Assembly (NCBI GenBank): GCA_002786355.1
Contig: PGCO01000004.1
Span: 93,297-157,296, forward strand
DNA: 64,000 bases
DNA from: Sediminibacterium sp. FEMGT703S
GTDB taxonomy: Bacteria; Bacteroidota; Bacteroidia; Chitinophagales; Chitinophagaceae
Direction of reading: 5' to 3'
Of this stretch, positions 47,370 through 56,681 are shown one piece after another. The notes under the pieces are model-generated. The model was not told where the DNA came from, made no database searches, and was given only the letters and a program-made list of their open reading frames with translations. The translations under genes were made by a program, and so were the position numbers. The first letter of the stretch is position 1; each line of letters begins with the position of its first letter.

Positions 47370-48878
47370 CTACTGGATGGTATAGCTCATGCCTCCGTCT
47401 TTTTCGTCTTTTAATTGAATGCCCAAGGCAGTTAATTCGTTTCTGATTTTATCGGAGGTTACAAAATCTTTGCGTTGCTTTGCTTCTTTGCGCATATTGA
47501 TTAGTAATTGTAGAACACCCTCCAATTTATTATTATTGTTATTGGCTTTACTGCTTTCTAAACCAAAGATATTTACAATAAAAGCAGTTAATTGTTTCTT
47601 CATGAACTCAATCGTTTTGCTATCTAGGGCAGTAGCACTAATATGCTTGTCTTTTAACGAATTGATTATTGGCACCAGTTCGAACATATTGGCAATTACT
47701 TTTGCTGTATTGATATCGTCATTCATGTACTCATCAAATGCAGTCACCAATTTCAGTACTTTTTCATTTAATTGGCCATCACTAGCTGTATGATTATCTG
47801 TCTGTTCAAAACTCATTAACCACTCATAAGCGTCCATTAATCTTCTCAACGCTTTTTCACTCGCTTGTAAAGCTTCATTACTAAAATCTAATGTGCTTCT
47901 ATATTGAGACTGTAAGATGAAAAAACGAACTGTAGAAGGTGCATAAGCTTGTTCTAATATGGGATGGGTTCCTGCAAATAATTCACTTAGCTTAATTACA
48001 TTGTTATAGCTCTTCCCCATTTTCTTACCATTAATGGTAATCATATTATTATGGAGCCAATACCTTGCTGGCATTTGATGATTGCAAACTGTACTTTGTG
48101 CAATTTCGCATTCATGGTGTGGAAATTGTAAGTCCATACCTCCTCCGTGAATATCGAATTCCTTACCCAAATATTTCGTACTCATTGCAGAACATTCAAT
48201 ATGCCAGCCTGGGAATCCTTCTCCCCAAGGGCTTTGCCAGCGCATGATATGTTCAGGTGGAGCGTTTTTCCAAAGGGCAAAATCACTTTTGTTCCGCTTT
48301 TCGTCTTGGTTGTCTAATTCTCTTGTACTTTCTATTTGATCGTCTAAAATCCTTCCACTTAAAATACCATACGGTTGCCCTTTAGCACTAAAGTCTGTAT
48401 TGTATTTTTCTACATCAAAATAAACTGACCCATTAGATTCATAAGCATAACCATCTTCAATGATTTTTTTAATCATTTCTATCTGCTCAACAATATGTCC
48501 AGTAGCAGTAGGTTCTATGCTAGGGGGTAAATTATTAAACTGGTTCATCGCCCAATGGTACATATTGGTGTATTTCTGCACCAATTCCATCGGCTCTAAT
48601 TTCTCTAAAATGGCTTTAGAACTAATTTTGTCTTCTGCTTCTCTTCCTTCTTCTTCAAAATGTCCGGCATCGGTAATGTTTCGAACGTACCTGACTTTAT
48701 AGCCTAGATACATCAAATACCTATATAATACATCAAAAGTGATAAAAGGTCTTGCATGACCTAAATGACTTTCACCGCTTACAGTAGGTCCACATACATA
48801 CATTCCCACATAAGGTGGGTTAATCGGTTCAAACAATTCTTTCTTTCGGGTAAGCGAGTTGTATACTTTCAGCGACAT
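47370..48878 (-). CDS. cysS: Cysteine--tRNA ligase
   Basis: HLGHARPF (HIGH-type), KMGKSYNN (KMSKS), and zinc-ligand Cys/His in GWHIECS. Confidence 0.97.
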   Translation of the reverse strand: MSLKVYNSLTRKKELFEPINPPYVGMYVCGPTVSGESHLGHARPFITFDVLYRYLMYLGYKVRYVRNITDAGHFEEEGREAEDKISSKAILEKLEPMELVQKYTNMYHWAMNQFNNLPPSIEPTATGHIVEQIEMIKKIIEDGYAYESNGSVYFDVEKYNTDFSAKGQPYGILSGRILDDQIESTRELDNQDEKRNKSDFALWKNAPPEHIMRWQSPWGEGFPGWHIECSAMSTKYLGKEFDIHGGGMDLQFPHHECEIAQSTVCNHQMPARYWLHNNMITINGKKMGKSYNNVIKLSELFAGTHPILEQAYAPSTVRFFILQSQYRSTLDFSNEALQASEKALRRLMDAYEWLMSFEQTDNHTASDGQLNEKVLKLVTAFDEYMNDDINTAKVIANMFELVPIINSLKDKHISATALDSKTIEFMKKQLTAFIVNIFGLESSKANNNNNKLEGVLQLLINMRKEAKQRKDFVTSDKIRNELTALGIQLKDEKDGGMSYTIQ

Positions 48879-48895
48879 GATGCTGCAAAGTTATT

Positions 48896-49999
48896 TTATT
48901 TTTTCAAACGAATATCAGCAACCAGCATGATATGGTCGCTCAATGCCTCGTCTACCATATCAAATTGCTTTACTTCAAATTGATTGTCTAGTAAAATATA
49001 GTCTATTCTTAAAGTGGGAGCGATAGAAAAAAATGTTCTTCCCAATCCAAAACTTTTTTGTAAAAAGGCATCGTTTTTGGATCCCTTTATATTAAAATAG
49101 GTGTAAGAATTGGGCACATCATTAAAATCTCCGGTTATAATACTTGGATAGGGACTTCTTTCTAATGCAGTACTTACTAAATCTGATTGCACCCCTCTTT
49201 TTTTATAGGCAGCTTTCATCTTACGCATTAAACTTAACGAAGCGCTGAATGAACTTTCGGCTGTTTCTTTGATTTTTTCGATGTCTGCGTAATCCTTTTT
49301 CTTGAATTTGAAAGATTGCAAATGGGTGGTAAAAATCCGCATAGTGTCGTTGCCCTTTAAAATATCTGCATATATAAGGCTTTCTTCGGAAGGGAAAACT
49401 ACCCTTCCAGAATCGATCATTGGGTACTTCGAAAAAATGATGCAGCCCGCTTGATACGTCCCATCATTTCTTTGATAGTCTTTAGAAAAATAATGATAAG
49501 GGTGTGTTCTACTAAACAAGCTGATATTATTTTCCGAAGCTGCGTTATTGAATTCTTGCAAGCAAATAATATCTGGATAGGTTTTCAAAATACTGGTAGC
49601 CACTTCGTTCCTAACCATTTTTTTTGCCAATACATTCTTCGACAAACCGTTGAAACTTTGAATATTCCAATTGACTATTCTAAAATGATTCTCTGCTTTG
49701 CGCTTGGTAAAAATTGAATTACCAGTCCATGCAAAAACAACTGCGATTTGTTGCCAGCCAATCAATAATGCTATAATCGGCATTAAAGACCAAATTGGTT
49801 TCGTGATTAACCAAAATAAAACAAACAAAATGAGCGAGATAATTAAGTAAGGGGTAGTTAAGGCCAGTAATCCATGAAGCCAAAAATCATCTGGATTAAT
49901 GTAAGGAGATAAAGCTGCAAGTAAAAAGAATAATACCAGCAAAGCATTGATTACAATAAAAAATTTCTTCGTTGTTCTCCTAAACCAGCCTTTAGCCAT
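48896..49999 (-). CDS. Endonuclease/exonuclease/phosphatase (EEP) family protein, membrane-anchored
   Basis: N-terminal TM helices, then NWNIQSF, CLQEF, GDFN, DYIL and LSDH. Confidence 0.8.
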   Translation of the reverse strand: MAKGWFRRTTKKFFIVINALLVLFFLLAALSPYINPDDFWLHGLLALTTPYLIISLILFVLFWLITKPIWSLMPIIALLIGWQQIAVVFAWTGNSIFTKRKAENHFRIVNWNIQSFNGLSKNVLAKKMVRNEVATSILKTYPDIICLQEFNNAASENNISLFSRTHPYHYFSKDYQRNDGTYQAGCIIFSKYPMIDSGRVVFPSEESLIYADILKGNDTMRIFTTHLQSFKFKKKDYADIEKIKETAESSFSASLSLMRKMKAAYKKRGVQSDLVSTALERSPYPSIITGDFNDVPNSYTYFNIKGSKNDAFLQKSFGLGRTFFSIAPTLRIDYILLDNQFEVKQFDMVDEALSDHIMLVADIRLKK

Positions 50000-50018
50000 A
50001 ATTAAAATTACAAAAAAA

Positions 50019-51143
50019 TTAATTGGCAAGTTGAATGTCTGCAATAACTGGGTAGTGATCAGACAAATTCAGTTTAGGTGAATAATATTGCTTTACTTCA
50101 ATTTTTTTATCTGTGAGTATATAATCTATCCTAGAAATAAAAGCTGCTTTCTTGTATGTACCCCCAATACCTGCTCCTTTTTCTAAAAAAGCATCTTTTG
50201 TATTTTTTCTTAATACACGGTACGCATAGCTAGCTGGTACTGCATTTAGATCAGCACAAAATACAAATGGAATAGTTGTTTGATTCAATGCTTCTATGAC
50301 TTGCTTTGCTTGATTGGTATGAATTCGATCATAATATTCTAGTCTTTCTAATCTGGTTGATTTAAAAAGAAACCCGGTATCTTCTTTTACATATTTTAAA
50401 TCTCCTAAAACCTCTTTTGATAAATTGTTATGATGCAAGAACATAGATCTGAAGTGAGTATTAAATACCCTGAGCGCTTTGTTGCCAATTACTATATCTG
50501 CATAGGCAATACTTTCGGGATGTAGCTTTTGGTTATAAATGATTCTTCCACTATCCTTTATTGGAAACTTAGATAAAATAATTGTTCCATAAGCAAGACC
50601 ATCTTCACTAAAAAATTGATGAGTATATCCCAATGAGTCACTTAAATATTTAGGTATATCTCTTTCGGCCCACCCTGGAGCAATAATAAAATCTTGAAAA
50701 CATAAAATGTCTGCATTCATTTCTTTAATGAACGTGAGCATTTTCTGTTGATCATATTTCCACGATTCGTCCTCTGGTCTGCTAAATAAAAACTCGTTTA
50801 CATTCCACGATAAAATTCTTACCTGATTAGTTGGCTTTTGAAGATTAAATTCTTGCTTGCTTTGGAATGCGTAAATATTGGTTAGGTTAACATAACCCGG
50901 AATTAATAGTAGAAAGTAAAACCATCCAGTTTTACCATAGAGTATAACTGCTATCGAGCACCATATAAATAGGGTAATGAACAAAAAAGGAAAACCAATA
51001 GCCAAAAACGTTATTCCTTTAAAAAAATGCGGGTTAATCCAACTGCTAAAACAACTTATTAAAAATAGTAAAACAAGAAAAAAGCCTGAAAAAGCAAATG
51101 CCTTTTTAAAATACTTGAATAATGGTTGATTAACTAAATTCAT
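50019..51143 (-). CDS. EEP family protein, membrane-anchored (paralogue)
   Basis: N-terminal TM helices, then SWNVNEF, CFQDF, ADLN, DYIL and LSDH. Confidence 0.8.
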   Translation of the reverse strand: MNLVNQPLFKYFKKAFAFSGFFLVLLFLISCFSSWINPHFFKGITFLAIGFPFLFITLFIWCSIAVILYGKTGWFYFLLLIPGYVNLTNIYAFQSKQEFNLQKPTNQVRILSWNVNEFLFSRPEDESWKYDQQKMLTFIKEMNADILCFQDFIIAPGWAERDIPKYLSDSLGYTHQFFSEDGLAYGTIILSKFPIKDSGRIIYNQKLHPESIAYADIVIGNKALRVFNTHFRSMFLHHNNLSKEVLGDLKYVKEDTGFLFKSTRLERLEYYDRIHTNQAKQVIEALNQTTIPFVFCADLNAVPASYAYRVLRKNTKDAFLEKGAGIGGTYKKAAFISRIDYILTDKKIEVKQYYSPKLNLSDHYPVIADIQLAN

Positions 51144-52066
51144 TATAATTCTTGGTCGCTGGCTCTTTTTAGAAAAGCCTTTTCCTCGTCTGTTAAAAAC
51201 GCATATCCGTGTTGATTTATTTTATCTAAGATATCGTCTAATCGTTGTTGCGTAATATTAGCAATTTTTTCATAGGGCTTTCGATTGGCCCTATAAAAAT
51301 GTTTTTCACTTTGTTTTTGTTGTGATACTTTCTTTTCAGGGTTAAAAAGATTGTCAAACCAATCTACCAAAGCAATCATCCACAAACTCCAGTCTTTTCC
51401 TTTGTTAAGCTGTTTTACAAAAAAGAAACCCATTGCACCTCCCGCTAAATGAGCTGCTCCTGTACCCGCATTCCCACCTGATAGGGTGGCAAAATCAATT
51501 GCTACAAAAACCAAGGTTAGTACCCATAGTGGTATGCCCCCATTGATTAAGGGGAATAATCGATAGTCTGGGGCTAGTGTTGTAGTAGCCAATGCAACAG
51601 CCATTACAGCGGCTCCTCCTCCAATCATAGCTGGTGTTGTAAGAATATTTCTTTCTAAAACGGGGAATAAATTATTGGTTAATAGAAATACTATTGCACC
51701 CACAAATCCACCATACAAGTAGATGGGCAACAATTTACTATTACCTGCTAGGTCTTGTAAAATATAACCAAACGCCCATAGCCACAATAGAGTACTAATT
51801 AATTGCCAAATACTTAAATGCGTAAACATGGCCGTAAACAGCGTCCATGGTCTACTAAAAAAAACTTCAGGAACAGGCGATAAAGTGAACCAATCTAGAA
51901 TTTGCTTATTAAAAAATTCCAGTGGTATATCTGATAGATAATAAACAATCCTGATAAAGTTTATCAATACGAAAATCAATGAATTGATAGCAAATAAAAA
52001 CACCAATGCATTGTTGTCTTGACCTAATAGGATATTCCTTGGACTTTTTTGAGATAGTAGCGACAT
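51143..52066 (-). CDS. Rhomboid-family protein lacking the catalytic serine (probable pseudoprotease)
   Basis: Rhomboid topology with AHLAGGAMG retained. The GxSG position reads MIGGGAAVMA (no Ser), and TM2 reads HLSIWQ (no H...N). There is a C-terminal cytoplasmic tail. Confidence 0.75.
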   Translation of the reverse strand: MSLLSQKSPRNILLGQDNNALVFLFAINSLIFVLINFIRIVYYLSDIPLEFFNKQILDWFTLSPVPEVFFSRPWTLFTAMFTHLSIWQLISTLLWLWAFGYILQDLAGNSKLLPIYLYGGFVGAIVFLLTNNLFPVLERNILTTPAMIGGGAAVMAVALATTTLAPDYRLFPLINGGIPLWVLTLVFVAIDFATLSGGNAGTGAAHLAGGAMGFFFVKQLNKGKDWSLWMIALVDWFDNLFNPEKKVSQQKQSEKHFYRANRKPYEKIANITQQRLDDILDKINQHGYAFLTDEEKAFLKRASDQEL

Positions 52067-52067
52067 A

Positions 52068-52910
52068 CTAATAGAACGTTTTTTTACGGGTTTTGTTCCA
52101 TGTAATAACAATCAATAATCCAACAATAGCCCCTCCAATATGCGCCCACCTAGCTACATTGTCTCCTGCAGAGTTTTTAAGGGCAAAAAAGAATTCAAAA
52201 GAAAAATAGATTAACCCAATCCATTTTGCCTTGATAGGGAACAAAAAGTAGATATAGATATAAGTATTAGGGAATAGGTAAATAAATGCAGCTAAAATGC
52301 CAAAAACTGCTCCACTAGCCCCTAAAGTGGCGGTATTAATATTTTTTTCATAATAGCTGGTTAACGCTTCAAACATTTGAGCGCTTGCTATTTGATTGTC
52401 TGGGTTTAGTCGAAGACTACTAATAATTTCACTATGGTTTTCGAATCGGATATTATACGTATCAATAAAACGTATCATGGCATTATTTAAAGATGCCCCA
52501 CCATCTTCGTGTAGGTTAAAAATAACCTTGTAGTCGTTCATTAATGGAACAAACTCGTAACTCAAGAAAAGCAAATGAATTAATGCTGCGCCTAATCCGC
52601 AAATTAAATAAAATGTCAAAAATCTTTTAGAGCCCCATAAATTTTCTAGAACAGACCCAAACATCCATAAAGCAAACATATTACCTAGAATATGCCCAAA
52701 ATCTCCGTGCATAAACATATGGGTAATCAGTTGCCATGGTTCGAACAAGCTACTTTGCCATCCATGCAAAGCAAAAATATTCTCCAAATTCAAGAGCCCA
52801 TTAGGTCCTGAAATAACATTTTGTGCCAGAAAAAAAAGCCCGTTGATGATCAACAAGTTTTTTACGATGGTCGGTAATATTTCAAATCTACTGGGTCTAA
52901 ACTCTGTCAT
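52068..52910 (-). CDS. Rhomboid family intramembrane serine protease
   Basis: HMFMHGDFGHILGNM, GASGAVFG and AHIGGAIVG. All catalytic motifs are present. Confidence 0.85.
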   Translation of the reverse strand: MTEFRPSRFEILPTIVKNLLIINGLFFLAQNVISGPNGLLNLENIFALHGWQSSLFEPWQLITHMFMHGDFGHILGNMFALWMFGSVLENLWGSKRFLTFYLICGLGAALIHLLFLSYEFVPLMNDYKVIFNLHEDGGASLNNAMIRFIDTYNIRFENHSEIISSLRLNPDNQIASAQMFEALTSYYEKNINTATLGASGAVFGILAAFIYLFPNTYIYIYFLFPIKAKWIGLIYFSFEFFFALKNSAGDNVARWAHIGGAIVGLLIVITWNKTRKKTFY

Positions 52911-52912
52911 AA

Positions 52913-54337
52913 TTAATTAATCAATTTCAATTGTACTACATTCTCAATGTGCAAGGTATGCGGAAACATATCTACTGGTTGTATCTTGGTTACCCGGTAT
53001 TTTTCACTTAATAATGCCAAATCTCTTGCTTGCGTTGCAGGATTACAACTTACATAAACCACCGTAGGAGCGGCAATTTCTAAAAGCTTCTTTACCAGCT
53101 TTTCGTGCATTCCAGCTCTTGGAGGATCCGTAATTACAACATCTGCTTTGCCATGTTCCTCAAAAAATGCATCATTACAAATATCAATCACATCTCCTGC
53201 AAAAAAAGAAGCGTGATTTACGCCATTTAAAGCTGCATTTTCTTTAGCATCTTCAATTGCATCGGCTACCATTTCTACTCCAATCAACTTTTTGGCGAAT
53301 TTGCTCACAAATAAGCCAATACTTCCAGTTCCACAATACAAATCATAAACAAGCTGGTTGCCATTCAGTTCGGCAAAATCTCTTGTTACTGAATATAATT
53401 TTTCAGCTTGCTTGGTATTTGTTTGAAAAAAAGATTTAGGGCTTATTTTAAACGAAAGCTCTTCCAATTTTTCAATAATGTAGCCCTTGCCAAAATAAAC
53501 GATTGGTTCCTGATCGTGTAAACTATCGTTTCGTTTACTATTGATGGTATAAAGTAAGGTCGTTATTTGAGGAAAGGATTGCAATAACTGGTCTAATAAT
53601 GCTATTCTATGTTCCTTATCCTCATAAGCAATGACCATATTCACCATTAACTCTCCAGTCGTGCTGTTTCTTACAAGGAGGTTTCTAATCCACCCCTGAT
53701 GAGTTTTTATATTATAAAAAGGTAATTCATTCGCTAAAACATAAGCCGCTACTGCTTTTCTGATCAAATTGGTAGGTTCTTCCTGTAAATGACAAGTGTC
53801 AATTTCAACTACTTTATCAAAAAAACCACGTACATGAAATCCTGCTGCTCCTGGTTGATTATTAAAATCTACCCCTTCGGCTTTCATTTGTCTAAATTCA
53901 TCTGTTGGAATGTATTTACGTGTAGCAAAAGTGTACTCCATTTTATTTCTATATCCACGGGTGAAATCTGCTCCAATTATTGGAGCAATCTCTGGGAGAC
54001 TGATTTTTGCAATTCGTGTAAGGTTGTCGGTTACTTGCTTCTGCTTATAAAACAGTTGCTTTTCATAAGGCAGCATTTGCCACTGGCAGCCTCCACAAAC
54101 CCCAAAATGTTCGCAAAATGGGGTAACTCTATCCGCAGAATGGCTGTGAATATGGATTGTATGGCCTTCTGCCCAATCGGCTTTATTTTTTGACAATTGT
54201 ACGTCTACCACGTCTCCTGGCACAGCGCCTTCAATAAAAACCACTTTGCCATCTACTCTAGCCAAAGATTTTCCTTCGGCGGCATAATCTTGTACTAGTA
54301 CTTTTTCTAGTACAACTGTTTTTCGTTGTTTTCTCAC
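52913..54337 (-). CDS. rlmD: 23S rRNA (uracil-C5)-methyltransferase RlmD/RumA type
   Basis: Has a TRAM domain N-terminus, the Fe-S cluster Cys motif CEHFGVCGGCQWQ, the SAM motif DLYCGTGS, and DPPRAG. Confidence 0.9.
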   Translation of the reverse strand: MRKQRKTVVLEKVLVQDYAAEGKSLARVDGKVVFIEGAVPGDVVDVQLSKNKADWAEGHTIHIHSHSADRVTPFCEHFGVCGGCQWQMLPYEKQLFYKQKQVTDNLTRIAKISLPEIAPIIGADFTRGYRNKMEYTFATRKYIPTDEFRQMKAEGVDFNNQPGAAGFHVRGFFDKVVEIDTCHLQEEPTNLIRKAVAAYVLANELPFYNIKTHQGWIRNLLVRNSTTGELMVNMVIAYEDKEHRIALLDQLLQSFPQITTLLYTINSKRNDSLHDQEPIVYFGKGYIIEKLEELSFKISPKSFFQTNTKQAEKLYSVTRDFAELNGNQLVYDLYCGTGSIGLFVSKFAKKLIGVEMVADAIEDAKENAALNGVNHASFFAGDVIDICNDAFFEEHGKADVVITDPPRAGMHEKLVKKLLEIAAPTVVYVSCNPATQARDLALLSEKYRVTKIQPVDMFPHTLHIENVVQLKLIN

Positions 54338-54404
54338 CCTGTAAAGGTAGGTCGTTTTCTTTTTAGCCCTCCAAATTGCGTAATTTTAGCTTTAAATAAG
54401 GAAT

Positions 54405-55895
54405 ATGCGTTTTTTGATAGTAGGAATATTGATGTTGATTCAATTTCAAGTTTTGTTTGCCCAACAAAAACCAGTAGCTAAAAAAGCCAATATAGCGGCT
54501 AAAAAACCAGCAATTGCAAGTGCAGTAGTGACGGGTGGAAGGGAAATTGCGATTACGCTAACCCCCCTTAAAAATTGTACGGTTTACTTGGGGAGTTACT
54601 TTGGGAAAGGAATGACTTTAGTAGATTCCACTCGTTTAGACCAAGATAGTAAAGGCGTATTCAAGGGTCCTAAGAAGCTAACTACTGGTATTTATTTTGT
54701 AGTATCTCCTAGTTATACCATTCAATTTGAGCTGTTGATGGATGAAAAGCAAAGGTTTAACATACAAGCAGATACTAGTGCTAAGGAATCTGTTGTCATT
54801 AATGGTTCTCCTGATAATGATTTATTTAAAAACTATGCTGTTTTTTCTAATGAGAAAGGGAGAACATTGCAGCAATTAAAACAGGCTTTGCAGTCTGCCA
54901 GCGGTGCAGATGTTAACCCAATAAAGACTTCTATCGCTAATACTGAAAAAGAAATTAAACAATATCAAGCCAATATTCATAAAAATCATCCCAAGTCTTT
55001 ACTGTCTACTTTATTCCATATTATGCAACGCCCAGAACTGCCCCCGGTTCCGGTTGTTAATGGAAAGCCAGATTCTGCATATCCATATCAATATGTGAAA
55101 CAACATTATTGGGACAATGTATTATTTAATGAAGATCGCTTATTAAGAACACCTTTTTTTGAGCCCAAATTAGATGAGTACTTTAAATATTATGTGTCTG
55201 CAGATCCTGATTCAATTATTTCGGAAGTGAAGCAAATGTTATTAATGGCTAAAACCGGAAAGGAAATATATCCCTATTTGTTAACCAAATTTACCAATAA
55301 ATATATCCAGCCCGAATTCATGGGACAGGACAAAGTATTTGTATATCTTTTTGAAAATTTTTATGCTAAAGGGGATACAGTCTTATTAAACCCTGCTTCT
55401 CGCAAATCTATTACAGATAGGGCTTACAGCTTAATGGCCAATCAAATTGGTCAGCAAGCTCCAGTATTAAATTTGACCGATACGAGTGGCAAGAAAATAG
55501 GTTTATACAGTATCAATGCTCCATTTACCATTGTAACTTTTTGGGATCCTAATTGTGGTCATTGTAAAGATGAAATTCCTAGATACGATTCAATTTATAA
55601 GGCAAAGTGGAAATTGAATGGTGTTGCGGTTTACTCTGTAAACATTTATGAAAATGAAAATACTGCCTGGAAAAAATTTATCAACGATAAAAAATTGTCT
55701 TCTGAATGGTACCAGGTATATCAAACTAAAGAAGATAAACAAGCAGAGGAAAAAGCTAAATTGCCCAATTACAGGCAGCTGTACGATATTTTTAAAACAC
55801 CTACTATTTATCTACTAGACGAGAAAAAACGTATACTGGCCAAGCAATTATCATTAGAACAGTTTGATGCTCTGATGGACGCCAAAAAGCGATGA
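54405..55895 (+). CDS. Thioredoxin-like (TlpA/AhpC-TSA type) protein with N-terminal extension
   Basis: Has a signal peptide and the redox motif FWDPNCGHCKDE (CxxC) in the C-terminal domain. Confidence 0.8.
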   Translation: MRFLIVGILMLIQFQVLFAQQKPVAKKANIAAKKPAIASAVVTGGREIAITLTPLKNCTVYLGSYFGKGMTLVDSTRLDQDSKGVFKGPKKLTTGIYFVVSPSYTIQFELLMDEKQRFNIQADTSAKESVVINGSPDNDLFKNYAVFSNEKGRTLQQLKQALQSASGADVNPIKTSIANTEKEIKQYQANIHKNHPKSLLSTLFHIMQRPELPPVPVVNGKPDSAYPYQYVKQHYWDNVLFNEDRLLRTPFFEPKLDEYFKYYVSADPDSIISEVKQMLLMAKTGKEIYPYLLTKFTNKYIQPEFMGQDKVFVYLFENFYAKGDTVLLNPASRKSITDRAYSLMANQIGQQAPVLNLTDTSGKKIGLYSINAPFTIVTFWDPNCGHCKDEIPRYDSIYKAKWKLNGVAVYSVNIYENENTAWKKFINDKKLSSEWYQVYQTKEDKQAEEKAKLPNYRQLYDIFKTPTIYLLDEKKRILAKQLSLEQFDALMDAKKR

Positions 55896-56026
55896 TTGCT
55901 AGAATTTACTTGAAGTGAGCGGGAGTATCCCTAGTTTAAGGGAAATACAGGCATCCTTATTTGGCTAATTTCGTATAACTTTTTAGTATTTATTCCTACT
56001 TATTACAAGAAAACTAAAAATCGAAC

Positions 56027-56674
56027 ATGTATTTAATTGGTATTATAGAAGATGATGTTCTATTAAGGAAAACGGTTGAGCATTATGTGTCTCTACAAAA
56101 AGACCTTTCCTTGGTTTTTTCTTGTAATGGAATTGAAAAATGGATTAGTATTCGGGAAGACGCAGGGATAGTACCAGATTGTATATTGCTTGATATTGGC
56201 TTACCTGGTATTTCTGGCTTAGATGCTATTTCAATCATCAGCAGCTATTACCCCGGGGTTAAAATTTTGGTTGTATCAGGTATGAAAGATCCATTGGTTG
56301 CATGGCAAGCCATGATGAATGGAGCCAATGGTTTTTTACTAAAACCTTTTAGGCTTGCAGAATTGCAAAGCAAACTTGAAACACTTAAATCTGGTGGAAC
56401 TGTATTGGAGCCAGAAACAGTAACCCGTCTTATTCAAACGGCAAGAACGAAGTTTAATACTGATGGAGGAATTGAACGGTTTCAAGAGTTTGGTTTAACT
56501 CAAAGAGAAATACAAGTTGCAGAATTATTGCTTGCAGGCTCTAGTTATAAAGAAATTTCTACCATTTTAAACGTGTCCTATACTACCGTAAATGAGCATA
56601 TAAAGAACATTTACAAAAAGGTAAAAGTGAACTCTAAAATGGCATTTATTAACAGAGTATCAATGAAAAAATAA
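56027..56674 (+). CDS. Response regulator transcription factor, LuxR/NarL type
   Basis: Receiver domain (IIEDD, LLDIGLPGISG, KPF) plus the C-terminal LTQREIQVAELLLAGSSYKEISTILNVSYTTVNEHIKNIYKK. Confidence 0.9.
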   Translation: MYLIGIIEDDVLLRKTVEHYVSLQKDLSLVFSCNGIEKWISIREDAGIVPDCILLDIGLPGISGLDAISIISSYYPGVKILVVSGMKDPLVAWQAMMNGANGFLLKPFRLAELQSKLETLKSGGTVLEPETVTRLIQTARTKFNTDGGIERFQEFGLTQREIQVAELLLAGSSYKEISTILNVSYTTVNEHIKNIYKKVKVNSKMAFINRVSMKK

Positions 56675-56681
56675 TTACGTG

